Assembly (NCBI RefSeq): GCF_006345805.1 | Contig: NC_043005.1 | Coordinates: 47,368,001 to 47,432,000, forward strand | Direction of reading: 5' to 3' | Source of the DNA: Octopus sinensis | Lineage: Eukaryota | DNA length: 64,000 nt | Part shown: positions 38,090 to 50,915 of the stretch, piece by piece | How positions within the stretch are numbered: position 1 is the stretch's first letter | Layout: each line of letters opens with the position of its first letter | Position numbers and translations under genes: made by a program | The notes under the pieces: model-generated | The model's database searches: none | Seen by the model: only the letters and a program-made list of their open reading frames with translations | Told to the model about the DNA's origin: nothing

Positions 38090-39000
38090 CCTCATCCAAT
38101 CACACCACCACCACCATCACTACTGCCATCATCATCATCATCATCATCATCAAGATATAACAGTGATAACTACCACCACCATCACTATCTGAAAACTACC
38201 ACCACCACCACCACCACCACCATCATCACCACTGCCTACACCACACTCAACAATGCCACTATCAACTTAAACGCTGCCTTCACCATGGCCACCACTAGTG
38301 CTAACGTCACCAACACCATTGTCATCACTACCATCACTTTAAACAACAGTACGACCACCACTACCATCATCATTACCATCAGCAGCAGCATAAACACCAA
38401 AGCTGCCATGATTACAACCACACAACACCAACAATGCCATCACTTCCACCACTACCACCATTACCACTGCACCACCACTACTACTGCCGCCACTGTCACC
38501 AGCACACAACAACAGCCAGGCAACACCGCCTCCACTACCACCACCACCACTACTACACTACCACCACTACCAATACCACTACCACCACTACCACCACTAC
38601 CACTACCACCACTACCACCACTACCACTATCCACTACACTACCAACTACCACTACCGTTAACAAAAACATTAATGTCATAATAATTACCATGCAATTAGC
38701 AACAACCCCTGATAAAACTTACCACCACAAAATCACCATCATCACCAGCAGCACCATCTTATAGAACTACCATGGCTACCCCACACAACAATGACCAACC
38801 ATGGCAACATCAACAACTATGAATACAACCACAGACCAATACAACAAACATTACAGCTACCAACACCACCACCACTACAAGACTCTACATCCCCAGTATC
38901 ACCACAAGCACCAACGCCACCACCAACACCATCCCAACTACCACCACCACCACCACCACCACCACCCACCACCACCACTGCATCATTCGCCTTCATTAAT
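38090..39000. repeat. Degenerate (ACC/ACT/ATC)n trinucleotide low-complexity domain, including an (ACCACT)n run
   Basis: Direct reading. Confidence 0.9.
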
Positions 39001-39424
39001 ATAACAACATGTTACCATGCATTCCATTGTATCTCTTCATCTAAACACTTTTATTTCTTCCATTTGCATCATCTGAAATATTTCTTCTCTCATTTAATTT
39101 TTCATTGAAACCAAAATATGGAGTATAGCACAGCTCTCTCACTATCTCTCTCTCTCTCTCTCTTCTCTTTCTATCTATCTATCCCTCTTCTCTCTCCTCT
39201 CCCCCCTCCTCTCCTTTTCCCTCTCATCTCTCACACACAAAACATACATTTTCTTCAGTAATAACACTCACTGGATATTGAATGAATAATTATATATACA
39301 CACACACACACACATACATATACATATATATATAATAGAAGCTCCTTCTATATAATAAATTAATTTTACTCTACTATGTATTGGGTACCTTATTTACTGT
39401 GGTTAACCCCGAATCAACCCGGGA

Positions 39425-39427
<3 letters not shown>

Positions 39428-39489
<62 letters not shown>

Positions 39490-39816
39490 CAATATACCTT
39501 TATATATCGAGAAAATGGGTACACACATATATGTGTATGTATGTATGTATATATGTATATATATATATATATGTATGTATGTATATATGTATGTATAGTA
39601 TACGCATATGTATATATCGTGTACATATATGGATATATATATATATATATATATAATATATATATATATATAATATATATATGTGTGTATATATATATAT
39701 ATATGCATATGTATATATGTGTACATACATATATATATTTATGTATATATGTATGTATATGTATATGCATATGTATATATATGTGTATATATATATATGC
39801 ATATGTATATATGTGT

Positions 39817-39876
<60 letters not shown>

Positions 39877-39880
39877 ATAG
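39428..39880. repeat. (TA)n-rich compound microsatellite
   Basis: Direct reading. Confidence 0.95.
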
Positions 39881-40064
39881 ACTGACAGACAGACATTAAA
39901 TTAAATGCAACTGTCCATCCAAGCAGCCAGTCATCTTTATATCCCTCTAGCTTGCTTTATGAATCTATCAATCTGCTTATCTCTGTTTATCTTTCTGAAT
40001 ATATATACAGTGGTGTGTGTGTGTGTGCGCGCACGCGTGCATGTGTGTGTATGTGTGTGAAGAA

Positions 40065-40300
40065 TGTATGAAGGCCTGCATCGTAGTGGTTAGGCTGTTG
40101 CAGTCACAATTTCTAAATTGCTGGTTCAATTCCCAGACCAGTCAGCTGATCGTGTTCTTGAACAAAACATTTCTTTGCATATTACTCCACTCCCCTTTTC
40201 AATGGAGGGGTAATATCGGCCTGCTCATCTAGCCAATGGGGGTGGCATCAATTAATGGCTAAAATGATGTAAAGCACATTATAATCAGTGATGTACATCT
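40065..40300 (+). mobile_element. tRNA-derived CORE-like SINE, diverged
   Basis: gtagtggttagg..ggttcaattccc..gtgttcttgaacaaaacattt. Confidence 0.6.
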
Positions 40301-40455
40301 AATATGATATGTGATGTGTTTTTGTGCCTATGTAATGTATACATATTTTATAGATATGTGTGGTCATATATATATATATGTGTGGCTGTGTGTGTGTGTG
40401 CGTGTGGTGCTTTGTGTGTATGTATATATGTATGCATACATAGATATATGATGTT

Positions 40456-40486
<31 letters not shown>

Positions 40487-40676
40487 GTGTGTGTTTGTGT
40501 GTGTGTGTGTGTGTGCTTGTGTGTGTATTTATATATGTATGCATACATAGATATATGTATGTTTGTGTGTGTGTGTATATATATATATATATACACATTC
40601 AAAATGTGACTGCATGTGCACTGTTGGCGATTTTTTTTCCTCCGTCTTCCCTTCTCTGGATCTTTCCTTTTCCTAT

Positions 40677-40711
40677 GTTTCTGACGAAGAGCTCCACTCA
40701 AAACGTAAAAC
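40677..40711 (+). ncRNA. Minimal hammerhead-like motif (G12 mutated) in a short repeat spanning 40590-40820
   Basis: GUUU-CUGACGA-A-GAG(CUCCA)CUC-AAA-ACGU-A-AAAC; stem I GUUU/AAAC. Confidence 0.55.
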
Positions 40712-41066
40712 TCTCCTTCTTCCCTTCCTTCCCGAGTGTCCAATAATACTATATTTGTTCCACATCCTCGCGTTGTTGTGTTTTCTCTTTGTGTTTTCAG
40801 GTTTGGATTAACTTTATACATATATATATATATATATATATTTCTTTTGATTTGATGTATATATATATATATACATTTATTTTGATTTGAAAACCTCACT
40901 AGAATGGGAGAAAGCGCTAATGATCTGAATGATATGATCTGAATGATATGATATATATATGTAAAAAATGTAATATATAAATAAATATCTGTAAATATGA
41001 ACCATCCGATCTTCTGATTACCTCATTTCTTCTAATATATAATACCTGTACATCATCTCCAAACCT

Positions 41067-41108
<42 letters not shown>

Positions 41109-41118
41109 CACACACCAC

Positions 41119-41332
41119 ATGAGTGAGTGCTGAAAAGTTCCTGGATTTGGGTAAAAAAATACAGGAGGATCAGTTAATTGTGATTTTATTCAACATATTC
41201 TCCTCTCAGATTCACACATTGCAGTGGATCCTTCAGTTTTTCCTAAGCCCTGTAAAAAAACTCAGAAGTTTGGGCCCCTTGCATGCATTTTGCAGTACCT
41301 CTAAAGCCAGGAACTTTTGAACACCCCCCTTA
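41119..41332. mobile_element. Mariner-type MITE
   Basis: Imperfect ~28-bp terminal inverted repeats gagtgctgaaaagttcctggattt / aaagccaggaacttttgaacacc; TA at the right end; no ORF. Confidence 0.75.
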
Positions 41333-41339
41333 TTATATA

Positions 41340-41580
41340 TCATCATCATCATCATCATGTCCGCTTTCCATGCTGGCATGGGTTGGACGCTTGACTGAGG
41401 ACTGGCGAGCCAGATGGCTGCACCGAGCTCCAATCTGATCTGGCAGAGTTTCTACGCTGGATGCCCTTCCTAATGTCAACAACTCTGAGAATGTATGTGA
41501 GTGCTTTTACGTGCCACCGGTATGAGGGTCAGTCAGGCAGTACTGGCAATGGCCACACTCAAATGGTGTTTTTTATGTGC
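41340..41580 (-). mobile_element. RTE 3'-tail copy
   Basis: (cat)n-gtccgctttccatgctggcatgggttggacg...ggatgcccttcc...gtgccaccgg. Confidence 0.8.
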
Positions 41581-41617
41581 CTATATATATATATATACAT
41601 ATATATGTATATATATA

Positions 41618-41656
<39 letters not shown>

Positions 41657-42349
41657 TATATATATTATATATGAAATTAGAAAAAAACCACCTTTTTCAA
41701 TTCAAAATAAACAATTAAATTACACCATCTAGAAAATTACATATAATAGAAATATTAAAATTAAAATAACAATAAAATACCAATGATTAAGTAAGTTGCA
41801 AAAAAATAATAAAAACGTATGTAATTGGTAATATACATACACACACACACATATGTATATATATTTATATATATATATATATATATATACACAAATAAAT
41901 GTGTGTGCACACACACACATGTTGAAAATGGCTACATATTACAAAAAAAAAATTAATAGGATAAATAGGCAGTTAGATTGCATGTATGTGAGTGCAGATA
42001 TTTTTCTTTCAGAATTCCTTTTGCCATCAATTTTTCTATTTGTTTGTCTATACCCTTTCATCTATTTTCTTTCTAAAGCCATCCATCTTTCTATCAATAT
42101 TTACCTGCATATATTTCTCTAAATATCAATCTTTCCATCTATCTGTCTATCATTCCTTTTATAATCATTTGCAGATTGGAAAGAAGAATATGTGCATTAT
42201 ACTATAGTTCTATCATTTTCACATGAATTAATCATTGTGACACCTGCTGAAAAATAAATATTCTTGGTATAAGCAAATATTGTTGCATACAGGTAATGAA
42301 ATGATATACAAATACTGCTGAAATTATCCACAAAATTTATTCATCTAAT

Positions 42350-42385
42350 GATAAATCTCTCTATCTATTTCTCTCTATCTATCTC

Positions 42386-42470
<85 letters not shown>

Positions 42471-42490
42471 ATATATATATATATATATAA
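42350..42490. repeat. (ATCT)n + (AT)n microsatellite
   Basis: Direct reading. Confidence 0.95.
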
Positions 42491-42734
42491 TTATTATATA
42501 TTGAATATTCCCTGTAAGTTTGGAGTTATACTCTCTATTGTTATTATTATATATTATTATGTATTATTTATTATTATTATTATATATTATTATTATTCAG
42601 TAGTTTTATTTTTATAGCGTGCTTTCATTCACTACTGAGTGCATCGTGTGTGCCTTGGGTATGTGCGTGATTGTGCTTTTTGTGATGCTCATAAATATTG
42701 TAAAACATTTGAAAGATGAAATTATCTTCAGGAG

Positions 42735-42900
42735 TTGCAGGAGTAGCTGTGTGGAAAGTAGCTTGCTTACCAAACACATGGTTCCGGGTTCAGTCCCACG
42801 TGTCGCAACTTGGGCAAGTGTCTTCTATAGCCTCAGCCCGACCAAAGCCTTGTAAGTGGATTTGGTAGACGGAAACTGAAAAAAGCCCATTGCATGTATA
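42735..42900 (+). mobile_element. SINE family C, 5' part
   Basis: gcaggagtagctgtgtgg..ggttccgggttcagtccc..ggaaactgaaaaaagccc. Confidence 0.8.
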
Positions 42901-42950
42901 TATATGTGTTATATATATATCTATATATAATATATATATGTATATATGTA

Positions 42951-42994
<44 letters not shown>

Positions 42995-43104
42995 GCCCCA
43001 GCATGGCCACAGCTCGTGAGCTGAAACTAGATAAAATTAAAAGATAAAAATAAAATATATATATGTACATATGTATGAAATGTATGTATGTATGTATGTA
43101 TATA

Positions 43105-43188
<84 letters not shown>

Positions 43189-43671
43189 ATAGTTATATAT
43201 CTGTATGTGTGTGACTTAACCCCTTGCCCAAAATTACTGGCTTGGTTCAAAATTTGAAACCAATAATATGTGTGTATGTTTATATATGTATATATATAAT
43301 ATATATATATGTATGTATATATATCTATATATATATATGGTGTGTGTGTGTGTGTATGTGTATATATTTATATATAATTTTAAATTTAAAATGAGGGTGA
43401 GAAATTAGATACTAATTTAATTAACATCGATTTCACACCAGTGGTCTAGCATAAAAAAAACTGAAGGTTCAGTATGTAAGTAAGATTGCATAATTTGTTG
43501 ATAGTGTAACATGTATATGAATAATCCATTTTTTTATTACTTTTTCTTTTGTCTTGCTCGATTACGTTTTGGTTGTTTTGCTAAATTTTTCTTGGTGGTG
43601 AGACCGTAACGGATCTATTCCTAGCATATGGGTGTCCACACAGTGGTTTCCCTCTAACATATATATATATA

Positions 43672-43704
<33 letters not shown>

Positions 43705-43749
43705 CACATACATATATATATGTGTGTGTATATATATATATGAATGTAT

Positions 43750-44095
43750 GCAAGGGTGGCTGTGTGGTAAGAAGTTTGCTTCCCAACCACATGGTTCCAG
43801 GTTCAGTCCTACTCTATAACACCTTTAGCAAGTGTCTTCTATAATAGCCAGAGCCTTGTGAGTGAATTTGGAAGATGGAAACTGAAAGAAATCCCCTTGA
43901 ATGCATGAGTGTCTTTGTGCTGATTTTTGCCCACCATCACCACTTGACAACTGGTGTTGGTGTATTTACATCTCCATGACTTTGGCAAAAGAGACAGGCT
44001 AAGAAAGAAAACGGACTGGGTTAATTAGTTTGATGGGGTGTACACAAGATAGTGCTCCAGCATGGCTTAAGTATAATGACTAAAACAAATAAAAA
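43750..44095 (+). mobile_element. SINE family C
   Basis: gggtggctgtgtggtaagaag..gtgctccagcatggc..atgactaaaac. Confidence 0.8.
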
Positions 44096-44569
44096 CATAA
44101 TATATATACATACATATATATATATACATACATAGTTGAAAAAAGGTTAGAGAGCTATACAAATCAAATATTTAATATAAAAGATTCAAGTGGAAATAGC
44201 ACAGAAGTAACTCTAAGACATTTCAATTAAGAGAGAATTAATAAAAAAAATTATATAAAGAAAATAATACCAGTTTCAATGTATCTCATCTTATCAAATA
44301 ACAGTAAAAATTTATAAAAATTTGAAGTAAAAATTTTATCTTCTGTCTGGGGTTCAAGAAATGAAATGCATCAAAACTGGCAATATTTTTCTTTATAAAT
44401 TTTTTTTATAAATTCCCTCTTGCATTGAAAAGTTTTAAACTTACTTCTGTGCTATTTCCACCTCCATTTTTTAATATATATATTATAAGTGTGTATGTAT
44501 ACATATGTATGCACAAACGTATATATATATATCTATATATATGTATATATAATACACAGATATATATAT

Positions 44570-44601
<32 letters not shown>

Positions 44602-44831
44602 ATACAGACATATATGTACACACACACACATATGTATATATATATACATACATATGTGTGTGTGAGTGTATATTTCGTTGAATGTGTATGTGTATGTATA
44701 ATACATATATGTGTACGTATAACACATATATATATTATACATATATATATATACATACATACATACATACATACATGCATACATACATACATACATACGT
44801 ATGCACATAACTATATATATATAGATACATA

Positions 44832-45260
44832 TACAAGGTGCATTCAAAAAGCATCCAACTTTATTTTTTCTCACCAAAACTAATGCTGCATGCTGAAATT
44901 CCTTTGGGAGGAAGGTGGCACCACCTCCCCTGCACATGAGTGAAAATTTTCGCACCTGTAAGCTGCATTAGTTTAAAGTTGTTATACCTAGATTAGACAT
45001 GGATAGTGCACACTTGTTAGATTTTCATTTTGATTGAACTCATCAAGCAGAGATATTGTATCAAGTTTTGCAAAAAGCTCAGTGATATCCAGCCTCAAAA
45101 CATCCAGTAGATTCAGGAGGCTTTTGGCAATAATGCCATGGGCAAAACTCAGATCAAGGAGTGGTACAACTGCTTCATACATGGCTGACCCCAGTGGAGA
45201 GTCAGGCATGCTCAAGCAGGCAATCCACAACCCGAAACAAGGAGGTGATTGAGGTTTGGT
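44832..45260 (+). mobile_element. Mariner left end + transposase N-terminal fragment
   Basis: TA-caaggtgcattcaaaaagcatccaact terminal repeat; QRYCIKFCKKL..IQEAFGNNAMGKTQIKEWYNCF (HTH region). Confidence 0.8.
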
Positions 45261-45472
45261 GTATACTCACATATATATGTATATATTTATATGTGTGCAT
45301 ATGTGTGACTATATATATATATATATATATATAAGTTCAGCAAAATTTAGATTCAAATGAATATGGTACTTAAGTCAGATGCACCAGAATTTTGTACAGT
45401 ATTATCCATATAAATCCATAGGGTGATTATAATCAAAGTAAGCAACAAGAATATCTTGTTGCTTACTTTGAT

Positions 45473-45515
<43 letters not shown>

Positions 45516-45616
45516 ATATATATATATATATAATATTATAATAATATAATTATACATATGTGTGTGTATGTATGTTTTGTGTATTTATATATTGTATTTA
45601 TATATATATGTATACC

Positions 45617-48506
45617 CTCACAGGCAAAGGACAGAGGTACAAGATTTTCTGGCTGGGAATACTGACGGAGTCGGGGTGTGGGCATGCTTATCGCCGAAAA
45701 ATGGTAGATAAGGTAATCGAGGTAGTCAGAGTAAGTGACAGAATAATTAAGATTAGATTAGTGCTCCACCATAGTTTAGCAACTATTATATCGGCCTATG
45801 CCCCTCAGCCAGGGCTACCTGATGGACAGAAAGACTGTTTCTATGACACCCTACTGCAGACCACATCATTGACGAACGACAGAGACCTTCTCTTTGTGGC
45901 TGGTGACTTCAATGGGCATGTTGGACGACGTGCTGGGGGCTTCCATGGCGTGCATGGAGGCTACGGTTATGGTTCCCGCAACGAGGAGGGAACCAGGCTG
46001 CTGGAGTTCTGCGATGCGAATAGTCTTATGATTTGCAACACTAACTTCAGGAAACCGACAAGCCACCTGGTCACCTACCGATCGGGCCGGCATACTAGCC
46101 AAATCGACTACATCCTTGCCAGAAAAAGGGAAAGATGGCTGCTTATAAATGCCAAAACCTTCCCAGTGAAGAATGCACCCCCACAACATAGACTGGTAGT
46201 TAGTGACTTTAGGATCAGGACTAAGAGGGCGACTAGAAGACGACCAACATGGAGAAGAAGGGTCTGAAGCTTAAAGACCCTGCGAATGGACAGAGATTAG
46301 AGATATGTTATTTGAAGCTTTAGACGAAATGGAAGGGAGTATAGCTACGCATGGGGTAGAAGACAACTGGACGCTTCTGAGGGACAACCTGCTGAAAGCC
46401 GCTGACCAGATCTGTGGCTGGTGCAAAGTCCCCTTAAGACCCAAAATAACGTGGTGGTGGAACAATATTGTTGACAGGGCTATTAGACAAAAGAAACAGG
46501 CTTGGAAGGCCTGGAAGAACGGTGGTAGCAGGGAAGTGTATCAGTCTGCCAGAAGGGAAGCCAGGAGACAGGTCTATCTAGCCAGAGGGGAAGCAGAGAA
46601 GGAAAATTTGCCAATGTCCTGCGTCGTGAGGATGAAAGACTTGAGGTATTTCGTGTTGCAAGACAGTGTGTGAGAGAGAATCGTGACGTGGTAGGAGAGA
46701 AATGTGTTCGCAAGGAGGACGGTTCACTTGCACTTAATGAGGGTGCAAAGAGAGAGACTTGGAGACGCCACTATGATAGGTTGCTGAATGAAGAAAATGA
46801 ATGGGATAAAGAGAGTCTGCCGAATGTCGACCCAACAGAGGGACCAGCAATCCGAGTTAACAGTTCCTTAGTAGATAAGGCAATTAGAAGCATGAAAACA
46901 GGGAAAGCCCCAGGCCCATCAGGAATTACTGCAGAGATGCTCAAAATATCTGGTGGTGTCGGCTATAGCTTAGTCACCCGTATAGTTAACCAGGTGATAC
47001 ACGAGGGGGTCATACCCATGACTGGTGTAGCAGCATAATAGTCAACTGCTACAAAGGTAAAGGCGACGCCCTAGAGACAAATAACTACAGGGGCATCAAG
47101 CTGCTGGATCAGGTAATGAAGGTTACGGAGAGGGTTGTAGCCCAACTAATTAGAGAGAGAGTTACCTTAGATGATATGCAGTTTGGGTTCGTGCCAGGGA
47201 AAAGTACTAGCTGATGCTATATTCCTGGTAAGACAGCTGCAGGAGAAATACCTAGCCAAAGATAAGCCCTTGTACCTGGCTTTTGTTGACTTGGAGAAAG
47301 CCTTTGACAGGGTCCCCCGTCCCTTATCTGGTGGTCAATGAGGAAACTAGGGATAGAAGAATGGTTGGTGAGAGCTGTGCAAGCCATGTACAGAGACGCT
47401 GCTAGTAAGGTGAGGGTGGGCAACGAGTACAGTGAAGAATTCCAGGTAGAGGTTGGGGTCCACCAAGGTTCAGTCCTCAGTCCCCTCCTATTTATCATAG
47501 TCCTCCAGGCAATAACGGAGGAATTCAAGACAGGTTGCCCCTGGGAGCTCCTCTATGCTGATGACCTTGCTCTAATTGCTGAGTCACTATCAGAACTGGA
47601 GGAGAAGTTCCAGGTGTGGAAACAAGGATTAGAATCGAAGGGCCTTAGAATCAACCTAGCCAAACCAAAGTTCTAATAAGTAGGAAGGTAGATCAATCAC
47701 AAACGCCTTCAGGTAGATGGCCCTGCTCGATCTGTAAAAAAAGGTGTAGGTAGAAACTCTATAAGATGCACCAAGTGTAAGCTATGGACACATAAGAGGT
47801 GCAGCAATGTCAAGGAAGGCTAACTAGGAAAATAGTTTTTGTCTGTGGCAAATGCTCAGGAGCAATAAACACTGGAAATATGCAGAGACCAACTTCTGCC
47901 ACGTTCCAGGGAGACAAACTAGAAGTAGTTGATAGCTTCCGCTACCTAGGAGACCAAGTCAGTAGCGGGGGTGGGTGTGCTGAAAGTGTAACTGCTAGAG
48001 TAAGAATAGCCTGGGCAAAGTTTAGAGAGCTCTTACCCCTGCTGGTGACAAAAGGCCTCTCGCTCAGAGTAAAAGGCAGACTGTATGATGCATGTGTACG
48101 TACAGCCATGCTACATGGTAGTGAAACATGGGCCGTGACTGCTGAGGATATGCGTAAGCTCGCAAGAAATGAAGCCAGTATGCTCCGATGGATGTGTAAT
48201 GTCAGTGTTCATAATCGTCAGAGTGTAAGTTCCTTGAGAGAAAAGCTGAACCTAAGAAGCGTCAGTTGTGGCGTGCAAGAGAGACGGCTGCGCTGGTATG
48301 GTCATGTGACAAGAAAGGCTGAAGATAGTTGTGTGCAAAAGTGCTACACCCTAGCAGTGGAGGGAACCTGTGGAAGAGGTAGACCCAGGAAAACCTGGGA
48401 CGAGGTGGTGAAGCACGACCTTCGAACTTTAGGTCTCACTAAGGAAATGTCTAGAGACCGAGACCTATGGAAGTATGCTGTGCATGAGAAGACCCGGCAA
48501 GACTAG
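45617..48506 (+). mobile_element. RTE-clade non-LTR retrotransposon ORF (APE endonuclease + reverse transcriptase), 5'-truncated and frameshifted
   Basis: APE motifs VAGDFNGHVG and SQIDYIL. RT motifs QFGFVPG, AFVDLEKAFDRVP, GVHQGSVLSPLLF and LLYADDL (YADD at 47554-47565). C-terminal RRLRWYGHV and GRGRPRKTW. Stop TAG at 48504-48506. Confidence 0.96.
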
Positions 48507-50176
48507 TCAGGCCATAACCCGTGGCCCCGACCTGGGACGTAGTCAGTCCTGTGCATACCTTCCTTCTTGTGACACTTATGAAGACCTGTTGAGGCAAGTG
48601 AAAATCAAACAATCAAAAAAATCAACGATCATCAGTGGAATTGTCGTGGTCTTCCGTTTTGTACCCAGTGGCCCACCCAGTGGCCGTACAACATCCAAGA
48701 AACCTCCCTCACAACACATCCGTTCGTGGCTTCGCCAGCCTCATCTGGCACCTGTGCCGGTGGCACATAAAGACACCATCCGAAGACCCGGCGACGTAGT
48801 CAGTCCACCTGTGCATACCTTCCCTCTTATGACACTTGTGAAGACCTGTTGAGGCAAGTGTGTGACACTTGTGAAGACCTGTTGAGGCAAGTGAAAATCA
48901 AATCAAAATCAAATCAAACCAAATCAAAATAGATGAATATCATGGAATTTGTATCTTTGTGGTTCCAGTACCGGTGGCACACAAGAAAACCATCCGAAGT
49001 GGCCGTAGCTGGTACCGCATCGACTGGCCTCCGTGCTGTGGGCACAACAAAACCCATCTGATCGTGGCCGTTCGCCAGCCTCACCTGGCACCTGTGTCGG
49101 TGGCACATAAAAACACCATCCAAAGACCCGGCGACGTAGTCAGTCCACCTGTGCATACCTTCCCTCTTATGACACTTGTGAAGACCTGTGAGGCAGAGGC
49201 AAGTGTGTGACACTTTGTGAAGACCTGTTGAGGCAGAGGCAATGTGTGACACTTGTGGAGACCTGTTGAGGCAAGTGTGTGACACGCGTGACACTTGTGA
49301 AGACCTGTTGAGGCAAGTGAAAATCAAACCAAATCAAAATAGATGAACATCAATGGAATTTGTATCTTGTGGTTCCAGTACCGGTGGCACACAAGAAAAC
49401 CATCCGATCGTGGCCGTTCGCCAGCCACATCTGGCACCTGTGTCGGTGGCACATAAAGACACCATCCGAAGACCCGGCGACGTAGACAGTCCACCTGTGC
49501 ATACCTTCCTTCTTGTGACACTTGTGAAGACCTGTTGAGGCAAGTGACACTTGTGAAGACCTGTTGAGGCAAGTGAAAATCAAATCAATCAAAACAAATC
49601 AAAATAGATGAACATAAATGGAATTTGTATCTTTGTGGTACCAGTGCCGGTGGCACACAAGAAAAATCATCCGAACGTGGCCGTAGCCAGTACCGCATAG
49701 ACTGGCCTCCGTGCTTTGGGGACGTAACAAACACCATCCGATCGTGGCCGTCCGCCAGCCTCATCTGGCACCTGTGTCGGTGGCACATAAAAACACCATC
49801 CGAGCGTGCCGTCTGCCAGCCTCGTCTGGCACCTGCCAGCCTCATCTGGCACCTGTGTCGGTGGCACATAAAAACACCATCCGAGCGTGGCCGTCTGCCA
49901 GCCTCGTCTGGCACCTGTGTCGGTGGCACATAAAAACACACCATCCGAGCGTGGCCGTTCGCCAGCCTCGTCTGGCACCTGTGTCGGTGGCACATAAAAT
50001 CACCCACTACACTCTCGGAGTGGTTGGCGTTAGGAAGGGCATCCAGCTGTAGAAACACTGCCAGATCTGACTGGCCTGGTGCAGCCTTCGGGCTCCCCAG
50101 ACCCCAGTTGAACCGTCCAACCCCATGCTAGCATGGAAAACGGACGCTAAATGATGATGATGATGATGATGATGAT
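48507..50176 (+). mobile_element. Expanded modular 3'UTR of the RTE element, ending in a (TGA)n tail
   Basis: Directly follows the ORF stop. About four ~290-350-bp macro-units restart at aagacccggc (about 48783, 49123, 49469), followed by several ~58-bp units, then ggcgttaggaagggcatccagctgtagaaac...gcatggaaaacggacgctaaa(tga)n. Confidence 0.9.
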
Positions 50177-50604
50177 ATGCTAGGCCTAACTCATTGTAAA
50201 GCAAATACCACCATGAGTGATATCCAGATTACAGTGGAGAAAGCAAGCCACTGGATTTGGTAAAAAATGAGAACGATGAGCAATGGCTTGAAGAATTTGA
50301 GCAAAACTTAATAACCAGTTGAAATAATTGGCAGAGCCTCATTTCAGTGAGGGAGGCCGATGCACAATGAGGCCATTGAGAGGAAGGCCCCAAAATGGTG
50401 TACATTCTCTGCTGATGATTCCATTAACTTGTTATCATCTGTTAGTTTAAAAAATCTAGAAAAATCTATACATATGTATAAATATACATATATATATTCT
50501 ATATAGAGAGGAGAGGTTATGAGAGGTAATGGTGTCAGTGAGACCCAAATGCTGAGTAAGTGCTATGGATAGACCATAGTTAGTTCTAGGTTTGTTGATT
50601 ATGC

Positions 50605-50915
50605 GTCATTTGACTTTAGCCATGCTGGAGCACTGCCTTTAGTCGAACAAATTGACCCCAGGACTTTTCTTTGCAAGCTGCTATGATTCTATCAGTACCT
50701 TTCGCTGAACCACTACGTTTTGGAGACATAAACACACCAACAACAGTTGTCAAGCAACGGTGGGGTGACAAACACAGACACACAAATATTATAATGGGCT
50801 TTACAAGCTTTGTCACCCGAGACTATAGTAGAAGACACTTGCTCAAGGTGCCACCAGTGGGACTGAACTTGGAACCATGTGGCTGGGAAGCAAGCTTCTT
50901 ACCACACAGCTGCTC
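50605..50915 (-). mobile_element. SINE family C
   Basis: Reverse complement with an internal deletion. Confidence 0.8.

Noticed and set aside
38285-39108. Thr/Pro-rich mucin-like ORFs
   Set aside because: Degenerate trinucleotide low complexity, open in several frames, with no splice or domain support.
48580-48606. Hammerhead in cctgttgaggcaagtgaaaa
   Set aside because: Core is CUGUUGA in all copies, with no valid stem II or III.
49745-49800. HDV-like ribozyme (ccagcctcatctggc resembles HDV P3/L3)
   Set aside because: No P1, P1.1, P2 or J4/2 partners could be placed.
49700-50000. CRISPR-like repeat-spacer array
   Set aside because: Eukaryotic context, no cas genes, variable parts only 6-11 nt and mostly near-identical, and the array lies in a LINE 3'UTR.
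50220-50325. DEQWLEEF peptide resembling a PEX5 WxxxF motif
   Set aside because: Only 33 codons between stops, and the splice signals do not include the motif.
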